A stretch of 32,000 nt of DNA, taken from assembly GCF_900095195.1 (NCBI RefSeq), contig NZ_LT606950.1, positions 396,164 through 428,163 on the forward strand. Reading direction: 5' to 3'. The DNA is from Polynucleobacter necessarius. Its GTDB lineage: Bacteria > Pseudomonadota > Gammaproteobacteria > Burkholderiales > Burkholderiaceae. Below the pieces are notes generated by a model, which saw only the letters and a program-made list of their open reading frames with translations, was not told the origin of the DNA and searched no databases. The position numbers and the translations under genes are program-made. Below, in pieces: positions 20,917 to 32,000 of this stretch (the stretch's first letter is position 1; every line of letters starts with the position of its first letter).

Positions 20917-22527
20917 ATGACCATCCAATTTAGTACCAAGATTTTCCCTCTGGCTGACTTACGCGATAGCAAGCACCTCAAGGCCGCCCTAAAAACCCTC
21001 TTGGCGCAGAGTACTGACTGCCTCGTTTTGGGGTACTCCAAAGCAGACTTCGATGGCTTTCAGGGAATCAAGGGTTCGAAATCAAAGTCTAGCGTCTTAT
21101 CTGAGCTCGATTTGGCGCTGGGTGGATCCGTTGCTCATGCCGTTGAGTTAGGCGAGTTAGAAAATAAGCCAACAAGCATTTGCGTATTTCGTGCGGATCG
21201 GTCATGGTCTGCCAAGGGTATTAAGACAAAGCGCGTTTTATTACTTGGTATCGGCGACGAGCAATCTACTATTGATAGTAGTTTGTCTTCTTATGCAAAA
21301 GTAGCTCGTGCAGGTATAAAAGCATTGAGTGGAAATGCGATTGAAAGCGCTCTTTGGTTTGTGCCAAGTATCACGCTCTCAACTGCAACCGACACTATTG
21401 AACATGAAGTTCGTTTAACGATTCAGTGCGTGGGTGACCAAACCTATCGATTTGGCGTTCGTCAGCCGGCGATGAAGTTCAAGGCAAAAGATGAAGCGGA
21501 TTCATTCAAGCACCTAATTTTTGCAGGTAATAACGCTTGTGCTCAAGAATTAAAACGTGCCGTAGAGCAAGGCAGCGCAATGGTGGAAGGGATGAATCTT
21601 GCTAAGGATTTAGGTAATTTGCCGCCAAATGTATGTACTCCGACCTATTTGGGTAAGACTGCACAGGGTTTAGCCAAAAAGACGAGCTTGAAGGTAGAGG
21701 TATTGGGACTTAAGAAAATAGAAGCATTAGGTATGGGCTCATTTTTGTCAGTCACTAAAGGCTCCGAAACGCCCCCACAATTTATTGTGATTCGCCATCA
21801 AGGTGGAAAAGCAGGGGAGGCTCCGACAGTTTTCGTAGGTAAAGGCATTACGTTTGATACAGGTGGCATCTCACTAAAGCCGGGTGAGGCTATGGATGAA
21901 ATGAAGTACGACATGTGTGGCGCAGCCTCTGTGATTGGCACCATGTATGCAACTGCATTAATGAAGCTCAAGAAAAATGTCATTGGTGTTATCCCAACTT
22001 GCGAGAATATGCCTTCTGGTAAAGCAACGCGTCCGGGTGACATTGTTAAGAGTATGTCTGGTCAAACCATTGAAATTCTGAACACAGATGCTGAAGGGCG
22101 ATTAATCCTGTGTGATGCACTAACGTATGTAGAGCGCTTCAAGCCTAAAGCCGTGATTGACATCGCAACCTTAACAGGTGCTTGCATCATTGCACTAGGC
22201 CATGTTCATAGTGGCTTGTTCTCAGACGATGAGGGTTTAGTAAATGCGTTAACCAAAGCGGGCCAAGATTCCCTAGATACCGTATGGCGTCTGCCACTTG
22301 ATGCCGCTTATCACGAGCAGCTCAAGTCGAACTTTGCGGATGTAGCTAATATTGGCGGGCGTCCTGCTGGTAGTGTGACAGCGGCCTGTTTCCTATCGCG
22401 CTTTACGGAAAAATATAAATGGGCACACTTAGATATTGCTGGCACCGCCTGGAAAAGTGGGGCTGCTAAAGGATCTACTGGTCGCCCAGTGCCTTTATTA
22501 GTCAACTACTTGATTGAGCAAAAGTAA
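20917..22527 (+). CDS. pepA: Leucyl aminopeptidase (M17)
   Basis: 536-aa ORF with M17 catalytic motifs (VGKGITFDTGGISLKP, NTDAEGRL, DIATLTGA). The pepA-holC order is conserved. Confidence 0.95.
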   Translation: MTIQFSTKIFPLADLRDSKHLKAALKTLLAQSTDCLVLGYSKADFDGFQGIKGSKSKSSVLSELDLALGGSVAHAVELGELENKPTSICVFRADRSWSAKGIKTKRVLLLGIGDEQSTIDSSLSSYAKVARAGIKALSGNAIESALWFVPSITLSTATDTIEHEVRLTIQCVGDQTYRFGVRQPAMKFKAKDEADSFKHLIFAGNNACAQELKRAVEQGSAMVEGMNLAKDLGNLPPNVCTPTYLGKTAQGLAKKTSLKVEVLGLKKIEALGMGSFLSVTKGSETPPQFIVIRHQGGKAGEAPTVFVGKGITFDTGGISLKPGEAMDEMKYDMCGAASVIGTMYATALMKLKKNVIGVIPTCENMPSGKATRPGDIVKSMSGQTIEILNTDAEGRLILCDALTYVERFKPKAVIDIATLTGACIIALGHVHSGLFSDDEGLVNALTKAGQDSLDTVWRLPLDAAYHEQLKSNFADVANIGGRPAGSVTAACFLSRFTEKYKWAHLDIAGTAWKSGAAKGSTGRPVPLLVNYLIEQK

Positions 22528-22563
22528 GTCTGTTTTGCCGAAATCTAAAGTTCATTAACCCAT

Positions 22564-23028
22564 ATGGCGCGCATCGATTTTCATAGCAATGTCAGCGATA
22601 AGCTTGAATATGTTTGCCGTTTGTCTCGCAAAATCTGGAGCGCCACAAAGGAAGGTGATTCTGTTCGCAATATTGTCATTGTTGGCGATAAAGCGAATCT
22701 CAAAAAATTAGATGAGCTGCTATGGTTGTTTTCCGGTACAGACTTTTTGCCGCATTGTTTTATTGAGGATGAGGCTGCAGCGGAAACGCCCATCGTGCTG
22801 ACGGAGAGTTTTTCATCACCTGCCTTCAATTTAGTCCCCCATACTGATGTTTTGATTCATATCGGCAATGCAATGCCGGCGGATATTCCTGCGTTAGTGG
22901 GGCGATTCCCCCGCATTGTGGAGGTAGTTACCGTCAATGAAGCGGAGCGCCTCGCAGGGCGCGAGCGCTACAAAGCCTATCGAGAACTGGGTCATGAGTT
23001 ACATAACTTTGACCAATCCAAGAGTTAA
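22564..23028 (+). CDS. holC: DNA polymerase III chi subunit
   Basis: 154-aa ORF beginning MARIDFHSNVSDKLEYVCRLSRKIW, which is typical of the chi N-terminus. It lies directly downstream of pepA. Confidence 0.85.
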   Translation: MARIDFHSNVSDKLEYVCRLSRKIWSATKEGDSVRNIVIVGDKANLKKLDELLWLFSGTDFLPHCFIEDEAAAETPIVLTESFSSPAFNLVPHTDVLIHIGNAMPADIPALVGRFPRIVEVVTVNEAERLAGRERYKAYRELGHELHNFDQSKS

Positions 23029-23037
23029 CGATCTTTC

Positions 23038-23829
23038 ATGTTGATCCACCCACAGTTTGATCCAGCAGCATTACGTATTGGATCATTTGCAGTTCATTGG
23101 TATGGCTTGATGTATCTCTTGGCATTCATGCAATTCTTAATGTTTGGTCGATTGCGGGTACGGGCGCCGCGATATCAGGCTTTAGGTTGGACCTATAAAG
23201 ATCTTGAAAATTTGTTATTTGCTGGAGTACTGGGAGTGGTACTAGGTGGACGCTTAGGCTATGTCCTCTTTTATATGCCTATCTTTTATTTTTCTAATCC
23301 GCTAAATATTTTCAAAATCTGGGAAGGCGGCATGTCTTTTCATGGGGGCCTCTTAGGCGTTTTGTTGGCTTTATGGTGGTTTGCCAAAAAGAAAAAAACA
23401 TCCTTTTTTGTGGTGAGCGATTTGGTTGCGCCCTTAATTCCATTTGGTTTGGCTTTTGGGCGTTTAGGGAATTTTATTAATGGCGAGTTGTGGGGAAGGC
23501 CTTCGGATTTACCATGGGCGATGATTTTTCCATTGGTGGATTCGATTCCGCGTCACCCTTCGCAGATCTACCAGTTGCTTGGTGAAGGTGTATTGCTGGG
23601 TATTGTGCTTTGGATCTATTCCAGCAAGCCGCGTCGTATTGGACAGGTATCTGGACTGTTTTTATTAGGTTATGGAGTGTGTCGTTTCATGGCAGAGTTT
23701 GCGCGTGAGCCAGATGCATTCTTGGGTTTATTGGGTTTTGGACTATCGATGGGGCAGTGGCTTTGCATTCCGATGATTTTTTTCGGCATTTATTTGCTTC
23801 GTCATCAATCAGATGATGCGCATGCTTAG
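23038..23829 (+). CDS. lgt: Prolipoprotein diacylglyceryl transferase
   Basis: 263-aa polytopic membrane ORF with Lgt motifs ([39 protein letters not shown]). Confidence 0.95.
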   Translation: MLIHPQFDPAALRIGSFAVHWYGLMYLLAFMQFLMFGRLRVRAPRYQALGWTYKDLENLLFAGVLGVVLGGRLGYVLFYMPIFYFSNPLNIFKIWEGGMSFHGGLLGVLLALWWFAKKKKTSFFVVSDLVAPLIPFGLAFGRLGNFINGELWGRPSDLPWAMIFPLVDSIPRHPSQIYQLLGEGVLLGIVLWIYSSKPRRIGQVSGLFLLGYGVCRFMAEFAREPDAFLGLLGFGLSMGQWLCIPMIFFGIYLLRHQSDDAHA

Positions 23830-23841
23830 AGGGCGCCCGGA

Positions 23842-24746
23842 ATGCTGAACGAAGAAGTCACTCTCAAAAAGCTTGAAATTTTGTGCTCGTTTGTTCGAAC
23901 GGGTAGTCTTGTTAAGACTGCTGAGGAGTTGCAGTTAAGCTCAGTGAGTATCCACAAAGCCCTACATTCTTTGTAGGCGGGGATTGGGTGCCCTCCTTTC
24001 ATAAAGGAGGGTCGTCACCCAAACCTTTGCCAGCTGCGGTTTACTTGGCAGAGGCAAGTAATGACTTGCTGAGCGATGTCGATCACATTCTAAAAAAGAC
24101 AAGAGCAAAAGCAGGTGTAGAGAGCGGCCAAATTCGTTTAGGGTCAGTGTATTCGCTGACTGCCAACATTATTCCACGTATGATTATGGGCAGGAAAATT
24201 CGTAGGCCCGAATTGGATATTGATCTGTACCTTGGTTCAGATGAAGATCTGTTGAAAAAACTCTACGAGGGCAATATTGATGCTGTTGTGATCGCTGCGC
24301 CCTTGTCGAATATGGTGGATGATCTAGAGGTAATCCATTTATTCGAAGATGATTTATGTCTTGTCTCATCCAAAGGTAATAAACCCAAGGTCACAGAAGT
24401 CGATCTATCAGAATATGAGGGCGAAAAGTTTTTAACCTTGCAAGATGGTTTTGCTACGACCTCAGGTTTTTATGATGCATTCAAGTTGGCTGGATTTACG
24501 CCAAATATCGTCATGAAGGTAGGTGATATTTTTCGTTGATGAATATGGTCTCGGGCGATATGGGTAGAACCCTGTTGCCCGGAAGGGTTCGGGCATTGAT
24601 GGGAAATGCGATTGAATTTACCCCCCCTACAAGCGAAATACCATGTCACTCAGCGGTACCTTAAAGCTAATGAATCGAACCCCAATATATTGGCTCTAGC
24701 GGCTGAAGCCCGCATATTGCATCGCACCATCCTCTCAAAATCCTAG
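23842..24746 (+). pseudogene. LysR-family transcriptional regulator, nonsense plus multiple frameshifts
   Basis: The HTH region MLNEEVTLKKLEILCSFVRTGSLVKTAEELQLSSVSIHKALHSL ends at an in-frame TAG (23974-23976). Homology continues in another frame (23988..24539). It continues again after breaks at the T-run near 24528-24535 (SLMNMVSGDMGRTLLPG) and the C-run near 24625-24632, down to TAG 24744-24746. Confidence 0.8.
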
Positions 24747-24761
24747 GCAAAACCCCTCTAT

Positions 24762-24780
24762 CATTAACTTTAAGTTAATG
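24762..24780. promoter_or_regulatory. Perfect 9-bp inverted repeat CATTAACTT-t-AAGTTAATG (candidate LTTR-type operator)
   Basis: The palindrome lies between the dead LTTR and the malonyl-CoA decarboxylase remnant. It contains the TTA-N9-TAA / T-N11-A architecture typical of LysR-type boxes. Confidence 0.3.
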
Positions 24781-24868
24781 TAAATTCACTTCCGTTAATT
24801 GATTCCTCGAATGCGCAGGAATACATTGATTCGTTGCCATTACTACCCAGTTGATTCAATAAAAGTAC

Positions 24869-25216
24869 ATGCTCGAAAAGTTAGCAAAAGCCCGTTATTT
24901 TTCCCGCGTTACTGGCGCAGTAAATCGGCTTATTTCAGAGCGTGGCGAATCAAATGCTGTCAGCATGGCTGATGAGGTTTTTAATAACTATCGCAAGCTC
25001 AGCAAAGATCAACACGCCAAGTTCTTTACCTTTTTATTCGAAAAGCTCAATCCTGATCCAGCAGCAGCCATGACCGCTGCACAAAATTTTTCTGCAGATG
25101 CCAGCGCACGCAATTACATCAAATTACAGCGCGTCACTGAGCCCCCTAGACAAGAACTCTTTCGTCGTTTAAATCGCGCCACAAATGGAACGGCTACTTT
25201 GCTTCGGGTGCATTAA
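24869..25216 (+). pseudogene. Malonyl-CoA decarboxylase, N-terminal fragment only
   Basis: The 115 codons match the MCD N-terminal helical domain (RGESNAVSMADEVFNNYRKL...KFFTFLFEKLNPD...TEPPRQELFRRLNRATNGTATLLRV). The ORF ends at TAA, and I find no catalytic-domain homology downstream. Full-length enzymes are several-fold longer. Confidence 0.7.
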
Positions 25217-25313
25217 GAGGTTCGGGGAGTGACCAAGTCTGAGTTGGCACTGTGAACTTTTGAAACGCTCACGCCCACAAGGTAAAGATCGTTCCGGATG
25301 CTTGCGCATCGGT

Positions 25314-25559
25314 TCAAGGAACTATTGGCCTTGGCGAACCAGGCAGGGAAAGGCTTTGCAACAAGGTATCGACTTTGTCTTCCAGTTCATGAATCTGTGC
25401 CTGAAGGCGCGCTACTTCATCGGCATTCACATTAGAAGATGGATTTTGTTGCGTTTGATTGTGCGCTTTGAGCCAAACACATAAGATGTATTGCTTAATA
25501 AAATCACCGCTGCGCAAATCTGAATCATTTGCTTTTGGTTGAATTGCTGTTTCATTCAC
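25314..25559 (-). CDS. Hypothetical 81-aa ORF with a C-terminal coiled-coil-like segment (may itself be a remnant)
   Basis: GTG-initiated ORF. ADEVARLQAQIHELEDKVDTLLQSL looks protein-like, but I recognise no family. It is embedded in a region that otherwise has no assignable coding. Confidence 0.25.
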   Translation of the reverse strand: MNETAIQPKANDSDLRSGDFIKQYILCVWLKAHNQTQQNPSSNVNADEVARLQAQIHELEDKVDTLLQSLSLPGSPRPIVP

Positions 25560-25990
25560 TTCTTTCTGTTATCGATTGCCTAACTCGCTTCCCCGTAAGT
25601 TGGGTCGAACAGAATTTCGAGTGCAAGAGATTGGCGTCAATTAGCGCAAGATCGATTGATCAGTGGCATCATCGGCGCGCGAAGATCCCCGTCCGCGAAA
25701 TTCCACCTGTCTTGGCCGGTATCCGGGCTAGCAAATTTCAGAATCTGGCCTTCCCATGCGATTGACGCGCACAGTGGCGTATTTCAAATTCCTGACCTCT
25801 AAGGTTGTTATTAGAAGTATTTACCTACCGTTGCGGGAACGGCACACGTTTAGTGTTTCCCGTTTAACTATGTTGCATTGCAGCAAAGCACCACGACCCC
25901 GCCATTCTAGCTTATGCACTAGCTCAAAAGCCGTTTAATCCTGTTTTTAGGGCAAAAAGCCTACAATAGAGGGTCTAGGACGAAAGATTC

Positions 25991-26260
25991 ATGACTGCAT
26001 TAGATAAGCACCCCGAGAAAAACCTGATTCGACTTTAGTTGAGTTAAAACTGTGTCCTGAAAAGCTTGGATTTGGCCGCAATGGCTGATCTAGAGCGTCA
26101 TTTAGAGATATCGGATCTTAAAAGTCTGAAATCCTCTTGCACCAAGGTGATCACCAGATGGAGCAGTATTTTGTTCTCGATGGCATCCTAAAAAGGATCG
26201 TATCCAGTGCGGATACTAAAGAGATGATTTTGCGCTTTGCGATCGAAAAAGATATTGAAA
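25991..26260 (+). pseudogene. Crp/FNR-family regulator remnant (cNMP-binding domain fragment)
   Basis: ATG 25991 is followed by in-frame stops at 26036-26038 (TAG) and two codons later (TAA). Then comes LKSLDLAAMADLERHLEISDLK, a frameshift near 26121-26131, and [39 protein letters not shown], which is the classic cNMP-binding beta-roll pattern. The DNA-binding half is absent. Confidence 0.6.
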
Positions 26261-26263
26261 CAA

Positions 26264-28190
<1,927 letters not shown>

Positions 28191-28198
<8 letters not shown>

Positions 28199-28379
28199 TC
28201 GAGTAAACGTAAGCGCGTTGTTTTAGTTTGGCAGCCTTGGCGCGACGTTGATCTTCTACGGTCAGGGGCTCTTTATCCCAAAGCAGGGCGCGACCAGCTT
28301 GCTGATCAGCTTCCAAGTGCGGTTTCTCGGATTTGAGCTCATTTAAGAACCGAGTGAATTCAGATTGATATCTGGCCAT
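28191..28379 (-). CDS. DUF3460-family small protein
   Basis: The preferred start is ATG 28379 (MARYQSEFTRFLNELKSEKPHLEADQQAGRALLWDK) with AGGA 7 nt upstream. The sequence resembles a small conserved Burkholderiales protein family. Confidence 0.6.
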
Positions 28380-28466
28380 AGTAATTCCTGAAATACTCAA
28401 TAAATTCAATAACTTATAGCATTAGTGACAAAAGTTATTTGGGGACTACGACCACTATTATAGGTG

Positions 28467-28472
28467 CTTTTT
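28467..28472 (-). promoter_or_regulatory. Candidate -10 box TATAAT in the metG / DUF3460 spacer
   Basis: A perfect TATAAT on the minus strand lies about 90 nt upstream of the DUF3460 start. I found no convincing -35. Confidence 0.25.
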
Positions 28473-28482
28473 AGGCCTATTT

Positions 28483-30153
28483 TTACAAGTTTGCAGCCAA
28501 TAAAGCCTCAATTTGGGGGGCTTCCACCCGGGTCATTAGGTGCTTGTAGGTCTTAATGGGGTTTTTGCTGGATAGAGGGGTGCTGATATCGCTCCAAGAT
28601 TGCGGGGCCAGGGATAAGAAATCCTCCACGCCAGCAGCGACGTTCGGAATGACGAGCTTGAGATAGATGCTGAGCATCCTAAAGGCTTCTAAGGTGATGC
28701 TACAGACTTTTTGTAAATCAGCTTCACGCGCTGGATCTTTAGCGATTTCCCAGGGCTTGTTTTCATCGACAAAACTATTGACCTTATCGGCCAACTCCAT
28801 GATCAGACGTAATGCTTTTGCGTATTCGCGTGATTCATAGAGGACGGCCACTTTTTCGCTATTACCAGCAATTTCCTTGAGAAGCGAATGATTCATGGCG
28901 TCATCGGAAACCAATCCATTGAATCGCTTCACCAAGAAACCCGCACTACGACTGGCGATATTGATGTACTTACCTAAAAGATCGCTATTAATACGTGCAA
29001 CAAAGTCTTGAAGATTCAAATCCAAATCTTCCATACTGTCATTGAGCTTGGTTGCAAAGTAATAGCGGAGCCACTCTGGATTGAAGCCACACTCAATGAC
29101 ACTGTTAGCAGAAATTAACGTGCCACGGGACTTGCTCATCTTCTCGCCATCAACCGTTAAAAAGCCGTGAGCGAACACGTTTGTTGGAGTGCGATATCCT
29201 GCAAATTGCAACGTGGCTGGCCAAAATAAGGTGTGGAAATACAAGATATCTTTGCCGATGAAATGGTACTGCTCGGTAGTAGTATCTGGCTTGACCCATT
29301 CCTCAAAATTGATGCCTTTAGACTGGCAGTAATTGAGGAAACTGGCGTAATATCCGATTGGCGCATCCAACCAGACATAGAAGTATTTACCAGGCGCATC
29401 AGGGATTTCAAAGCCGAAGTAGGGGGCATCGCGCGAGATATCCCAGTCGCCAAGCTTGCTCTCGCCAGGAACGCCAACCCATTCCTTCATTTTGTTACGC
29501 GCCTCAGGTTGCAGCGGTGTTTTAACTTGGGTCCATGCGCGTAAAAATGCCTCGCAACGGGGATCCGATAACTTAAAGAAATAGTGATCTGAAATCTTTT
29601 TGATGGGCGTTGCGCCGCTAACAACAGAAAATGGATTTTTTAGATCGGTTGGAGAATACGTGGCGCCACACTTTTCACAGTTGTCACCGTATTGATCTTT
29701 AGCGCCGCACTTAGGGCACTCTCCTTTAATAAAGCGATCTGGCAAAAACATTTCTTTGACAGGATCGTACGCTTGTTCAATTGCGCGCTTTTCGATCAAG
29801 CCTGCATCACGCAGTTTGATGTAAATACTTTGCGCTAGTGTTTCATTCTCAGGGCTATCAGTGGTGTAGTAGTTATCAAACGAGATTAAGAAGTTATCAA
29901 AATCTCTTTTGTGCTCTTTCCAGACATTAGCAATGAGTTCTTTGGGTGTAAGACCTTCTTTTTTAGCGCGCAACATGATGGGGGTGCCATGGGTATCATC
30001 AGCGCCGACATAATGAACCTCGTGACCACGCATCCGCTGAAAGCGCACCCAAATATCGGTCTGGATATATTCCACTAAATGACCAATATGGATCTGGCCA
30101 TTGGCGTAGGGCAGGGCGGAAGTAACGAGGAGGCGACGCTGAGGGTTGCTCAT
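28483..30153 (-). CDS. metG: Methionine--tRNA ligase (short form, no C-terminal tRNA-binding domain)
   Basis: 556-aa ORF with HIGH (QIHIGH), KMSKS, a zinc knuckle ([18 protein letters not shown]) and an anticodon-binding domain. It ends ...[15 protein letters not shown] with no EMAPII/Trbp111-like domain. Confidence 0.93.
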   Translation of the reverse strand: MSNPQRRLLVTSALPYANGQIHIGHLVEYIQTDIWVRFQRMRGHEVHYVGADDTHGTPIMLRAKKEGLTPKELIANVWKEHKRDFDNFLISFDNYYTTDSPENETLAQSIYIKLRDAGLIEKRAIEQAYDPVKEMFLPDRFIKGECPKCGAKDQYGDNCEKCGATYSPTDLKNPFSVVSGATPIKKISDHYFFKLSDPRCEAFLRAWTQVKTPLQPEARNKMKEWVGVPGESKLGDWDISRDAPYFGFEIPDAPGKYFYVWLDAPIGYYASFLNYCQSKGINFEEWVKPDTTTEQYHFIGKDILYFHTLFWPATLQFAGYRTPTNVFAHGFLTVDGEKMSKSRGTLISANSVIECGFNPEWLRYYFATKLNDSMEDLDLNLQDFVARINSDLLGKYINIASRSAGFLVKRFNGLVSDDAMNHSLLKEIAGNSEKVAVLYESREYAKALRLIMELADKVNSFVDENKPWEIAKDPAREADLQKVCSITLEAFRMLSIYLKLVIPNVAAGVEDFLSLAPQSWSDISTPLSSKNPIKTYKHLMTRVEAPQIEALLAANL

Positions 30154-30261
30154 GTAAAGCGGTCTTTAATCAGAAATATCAGGGTTTAATTCGTATCTAA
30201 ACTGCCATTATGCGGGTTCGAGCGGTAATTTTAGTCTGCGGTTAAAGTAAAAGCCCAAATC

Positions 30262-31080
30262 GTGTCGATAAGTCTCGATAAAATTGAGTTAACCCTTTCC
30301 TCCTTTAGAAGGCGCCTCATATCAAAGCTAACGCATATCCCTGGCGAACGCCCTTTAACTATTTATCTTGATAAGCGTGAAGTCGTCACATTGATGACTT
30401 TGGGGAGTGCTCCTGAGGCTCTGGTCTTAGGTTATCTCCGGAACCAGCGTCTAGTGGAGTCGCGGGAGGATATTGAAAGCATTCAGGTTGACTGGGAGAC
30501 AGATTCTGCTGCCGTAAAGACACGTCGAAAGACGGTAGATATTGATGCTTTAACGAGCAAGCGGGTGGTCACCACGGGGTGTGGTCAGGGCACGATGTTT
30601 GGTGGCCCGATGGAGGAGATGTCCGAGATTCGTTTGCCAGATGGCCCCAAGCTAAGCCAAGAGGCCATCATTACTTTAGTGGATGCCATTCGTGCGCATG
30701 ACACGATCTATAAGAAATCTGGCTCAGTTCATGCATGCGCCGTGTTTGAGCGCGAGGGTGAGCATGGTGTGAAGTTGCTCCACTTGATTGAGGATGTTGG
30801 GCGCCACAATGCTGTGGACTCGATCTCGGGCCTCATGTGGCTTGCAAATCGGCCTGGCAAAGAGCTGATCTTCACCACCACGGGGCGACTTACTTCCGAG
30901 ATGGTGATTAAGGGTGCGCAGATGGGTATTCCATTCCTACTCACCCGCTCGGGCGTGACCCTGATGGGCTTAGAGTTAGCGCGTAAAACGAACCTCACCA
31001 TCCTCTCCAGCTGCTCGGGCAAACATTTCGAGATCTACAACGCTCCTGAGCGGGTGGTTTTTACCCCCAACCCCACATAA
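30262..31080 (+). CDS. fdhD: Formate dehydrogenase accessory sulfurtransferase FdhD
   Basis: 272-aa GTG-initiated ORF with FdhD family motifs ([59 protein letters not shown]). Confidence 0.88.
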   Translation: MSISLDKIELTLSSFRRRLISKLTHIPGERPLTIYLDKREVVTLMTLGSAPEALVLGYLRNQRLVESREDIESIQVDWETDSAAVKTRRKTVDIDALTSKRVVTTGCGQGTMFGGPMEEMSEIRLPDGPKLSQEAIITLVDAIRAHDTIYKKSGSVHACAVFEREGEHGVKLLHLIEDVGRHNAVDSISGLMWLANRPGKELIFTTTGRLTSEMVIKGAQMGIPFLLTRSGVTLMGLELARKTNLTILSSCSGKHFEIYNAPERVVFTPNPT

Positions 31081-31120
31081 ATTCATGGGCAGTTGGGGTC
31101 TAAGGTTTTACAATTCGCCC

Positions 31121-31687
31121 ATGACTATTAAATCTGACCACTGGATCCGCCGCATGGGCGAGCAAGGCATGATCAGCCCATTCAAACCTGGGCAAATTCG
31201 CCAAGATGCTGCCGGCAACAAAATCGTGAGCTATGGCACTTCAAGCTACGGCTATGACATTCGTTGCGCAGACGAATTCAAAATCTTCACTAATATCAAC
31301 AGCACGATTGTGGACCCTAAGAATTTTGATGAGCAATCGTTTGTGGATTTCAAGGGCGATGTTTGTATCATTCCGCCAAACTCATTTGCGCTGGCAAGAA
31401 CGATGGAATATTTCAAGATTCCACGGAATGTATTAACAGTCTGCGTTGGTAAGAGCACGTATGCGCGTTGCGGCATCATTGTGAACGTGACCCCATTTGA
31501 ACCAGAATGGGAAGGTTATGTAACCCTAGAGTTTTCTAACACAACACCATTGCCTGCAAAAATTTACGCAGGTGAGGGTTGTGCTCAAGTTCTCTTCTTT
31601 GAGAGCGATGAGGTGTGTGGCACCTCTTACAAAGATCGCGGTGGCAAGTATCAAGGCCAACGAGGCGTCACTCTACCCAAGACCTAA
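31121..31687 (+). CDS. dcd: dCTP deaminase
   Basis: The preferred start is ATG 31121 ([12 protein letters not shown]), giving 188 aa. Dcd motifs [18 protein letters not shown] and [19 protein letters not shown] are present. The ORF-track start at 31085 adds 12 atypical residues. Confidence 0.93.
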   Translation: MTIKSDHWIRRMGEQGMISPFKPGQIRQDAAGNKIVSYGTSSYGYDIRCADEFKIFTNINSTIVDPKNFDEQSFVDFKGDVCIIPPNSFALARTMEYFKIPRNVLTVCVGKSTYARCGIIVNVTPFEPEWEGYVTLEFSNTTPLPAKIYAGEGCAQVLFFESDEVCGTSYKDRGGKYQGQRGVTLPKT

Positions 31688-31753
31688 GACGTGCGGTAGT
31701 GCGTAAGTTTCCGTTTAGTCACCGCCCAGTGCGGATTAATTTAGACGAGTACC

Positions 31754-31785
31754 GCGCTACCCTCTCGCGCACGGAGAGGGCGCGC
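31754..31785 (+). terminator. GC-rich stem-loop downstream of dcd (no U-tract, weak terminator candidate)
   Basis: GCGC-ta-CCCTCTC-gcgcacg-GAGAGGG-c-GCGC. This is a 7-bp perfect stem plus a 4-bp outer stem, 67 nt after the dcd stop. It is not followed by a T-run on either strand. Confidence 0.25.
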
Positions 31786-32000
31786 CCAGAAAACAGTTTC
31801 TACCATTGGTTGCTTGGCACTAGTTGGGTAAAATTCTTGTTGTTGGTGGTACAATGCACAGTGTCGATGAGCTGTGTCCCTTAAGGAGTACCTAGAAATA
31901 CTGCCGTTGAACAACAGTGGCATCTCCTGATCACCTTTACGGGCTACCACGAGAGTCTCGTAAACCAGGTTTATGCCCGACATGTTTACTTACCAAGAGA

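Noticed and set aside
29157-29544. ORFs 29157..29477 (-) and 29233..29544 (+) inside metG
   Set aside because: They are alternative-frame or antisense shadows of a high-confidence CDS.
31741-31983. 80-aa minus-strand ORF (MSGINLVYETLVVARKG...) as a gene
   Set aside because: It has no convincing Shine-Dalgarno, and I recognise no family. It overlaps a plus-strand ORF and spans the GC-rich hairpin. It is kept only as part of the unassigned-region finding.

Overview
This is a chromosomal core segment from a low-GC betaproteobacterium of the Burkholderiales. The protein sequences and gene order (hemF-nadD-rsfS-rlmH-maf-rng, lptG-lptF divergent from pepA-holC-lgt, scpA-panC) look Polynucleobacter-like. 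That taxonomic attribution is inference only.

About 22 housekeeping genes look intact: dnaE, three LPS-core glycosyltransferases, msbA, rng, rsfS, nadD, hemF, purD, tRNA-Leu(CAA), lptG, lptF, pepA, holC, lgt, scpA, a DUF3460 gene, metG, fdhD and dcd.

Interspersed with them are 12 loci that I read as pseudogenes or gene remnants: maf, rlmH, yebC, a COG0523/CobW-like GTPase, an LVIVD beta-propeller gene, a Bug/TctC binding protein, a CysB-like LTTR, a second LTTR, malonyl-CoA decarboxylase, a Crp/FNR-like regulator, oxalyl-CoA decarboxylase and panC. By my coordinates they cover about 23% of the window. The lesions are in-frame stop codons, frameshifts (several in homopolymer runs), lost start codons and large deletions.

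I see no CRISPR array, transposase, integrase, phage genes, toxin-antitoxin pair or recognisable defence system. I cannot support a claim of a novel functional system here.

The most interesting signals are:
- the genome-erosion pattern, which is typical of a host-restricted symbiont;
- a fully decayed Bug / LVIVD / COG0523 three-gene module of unknown function;
- a 3.5-kb stretch with no intact gene that contains a precise deletion junction fusing convergent oxc and panC remnants;
- loss of panC, which implies pantothenate dependence;
- a MetRS that ends exactly where the C-terminal tRNA-binding domain normally begins.
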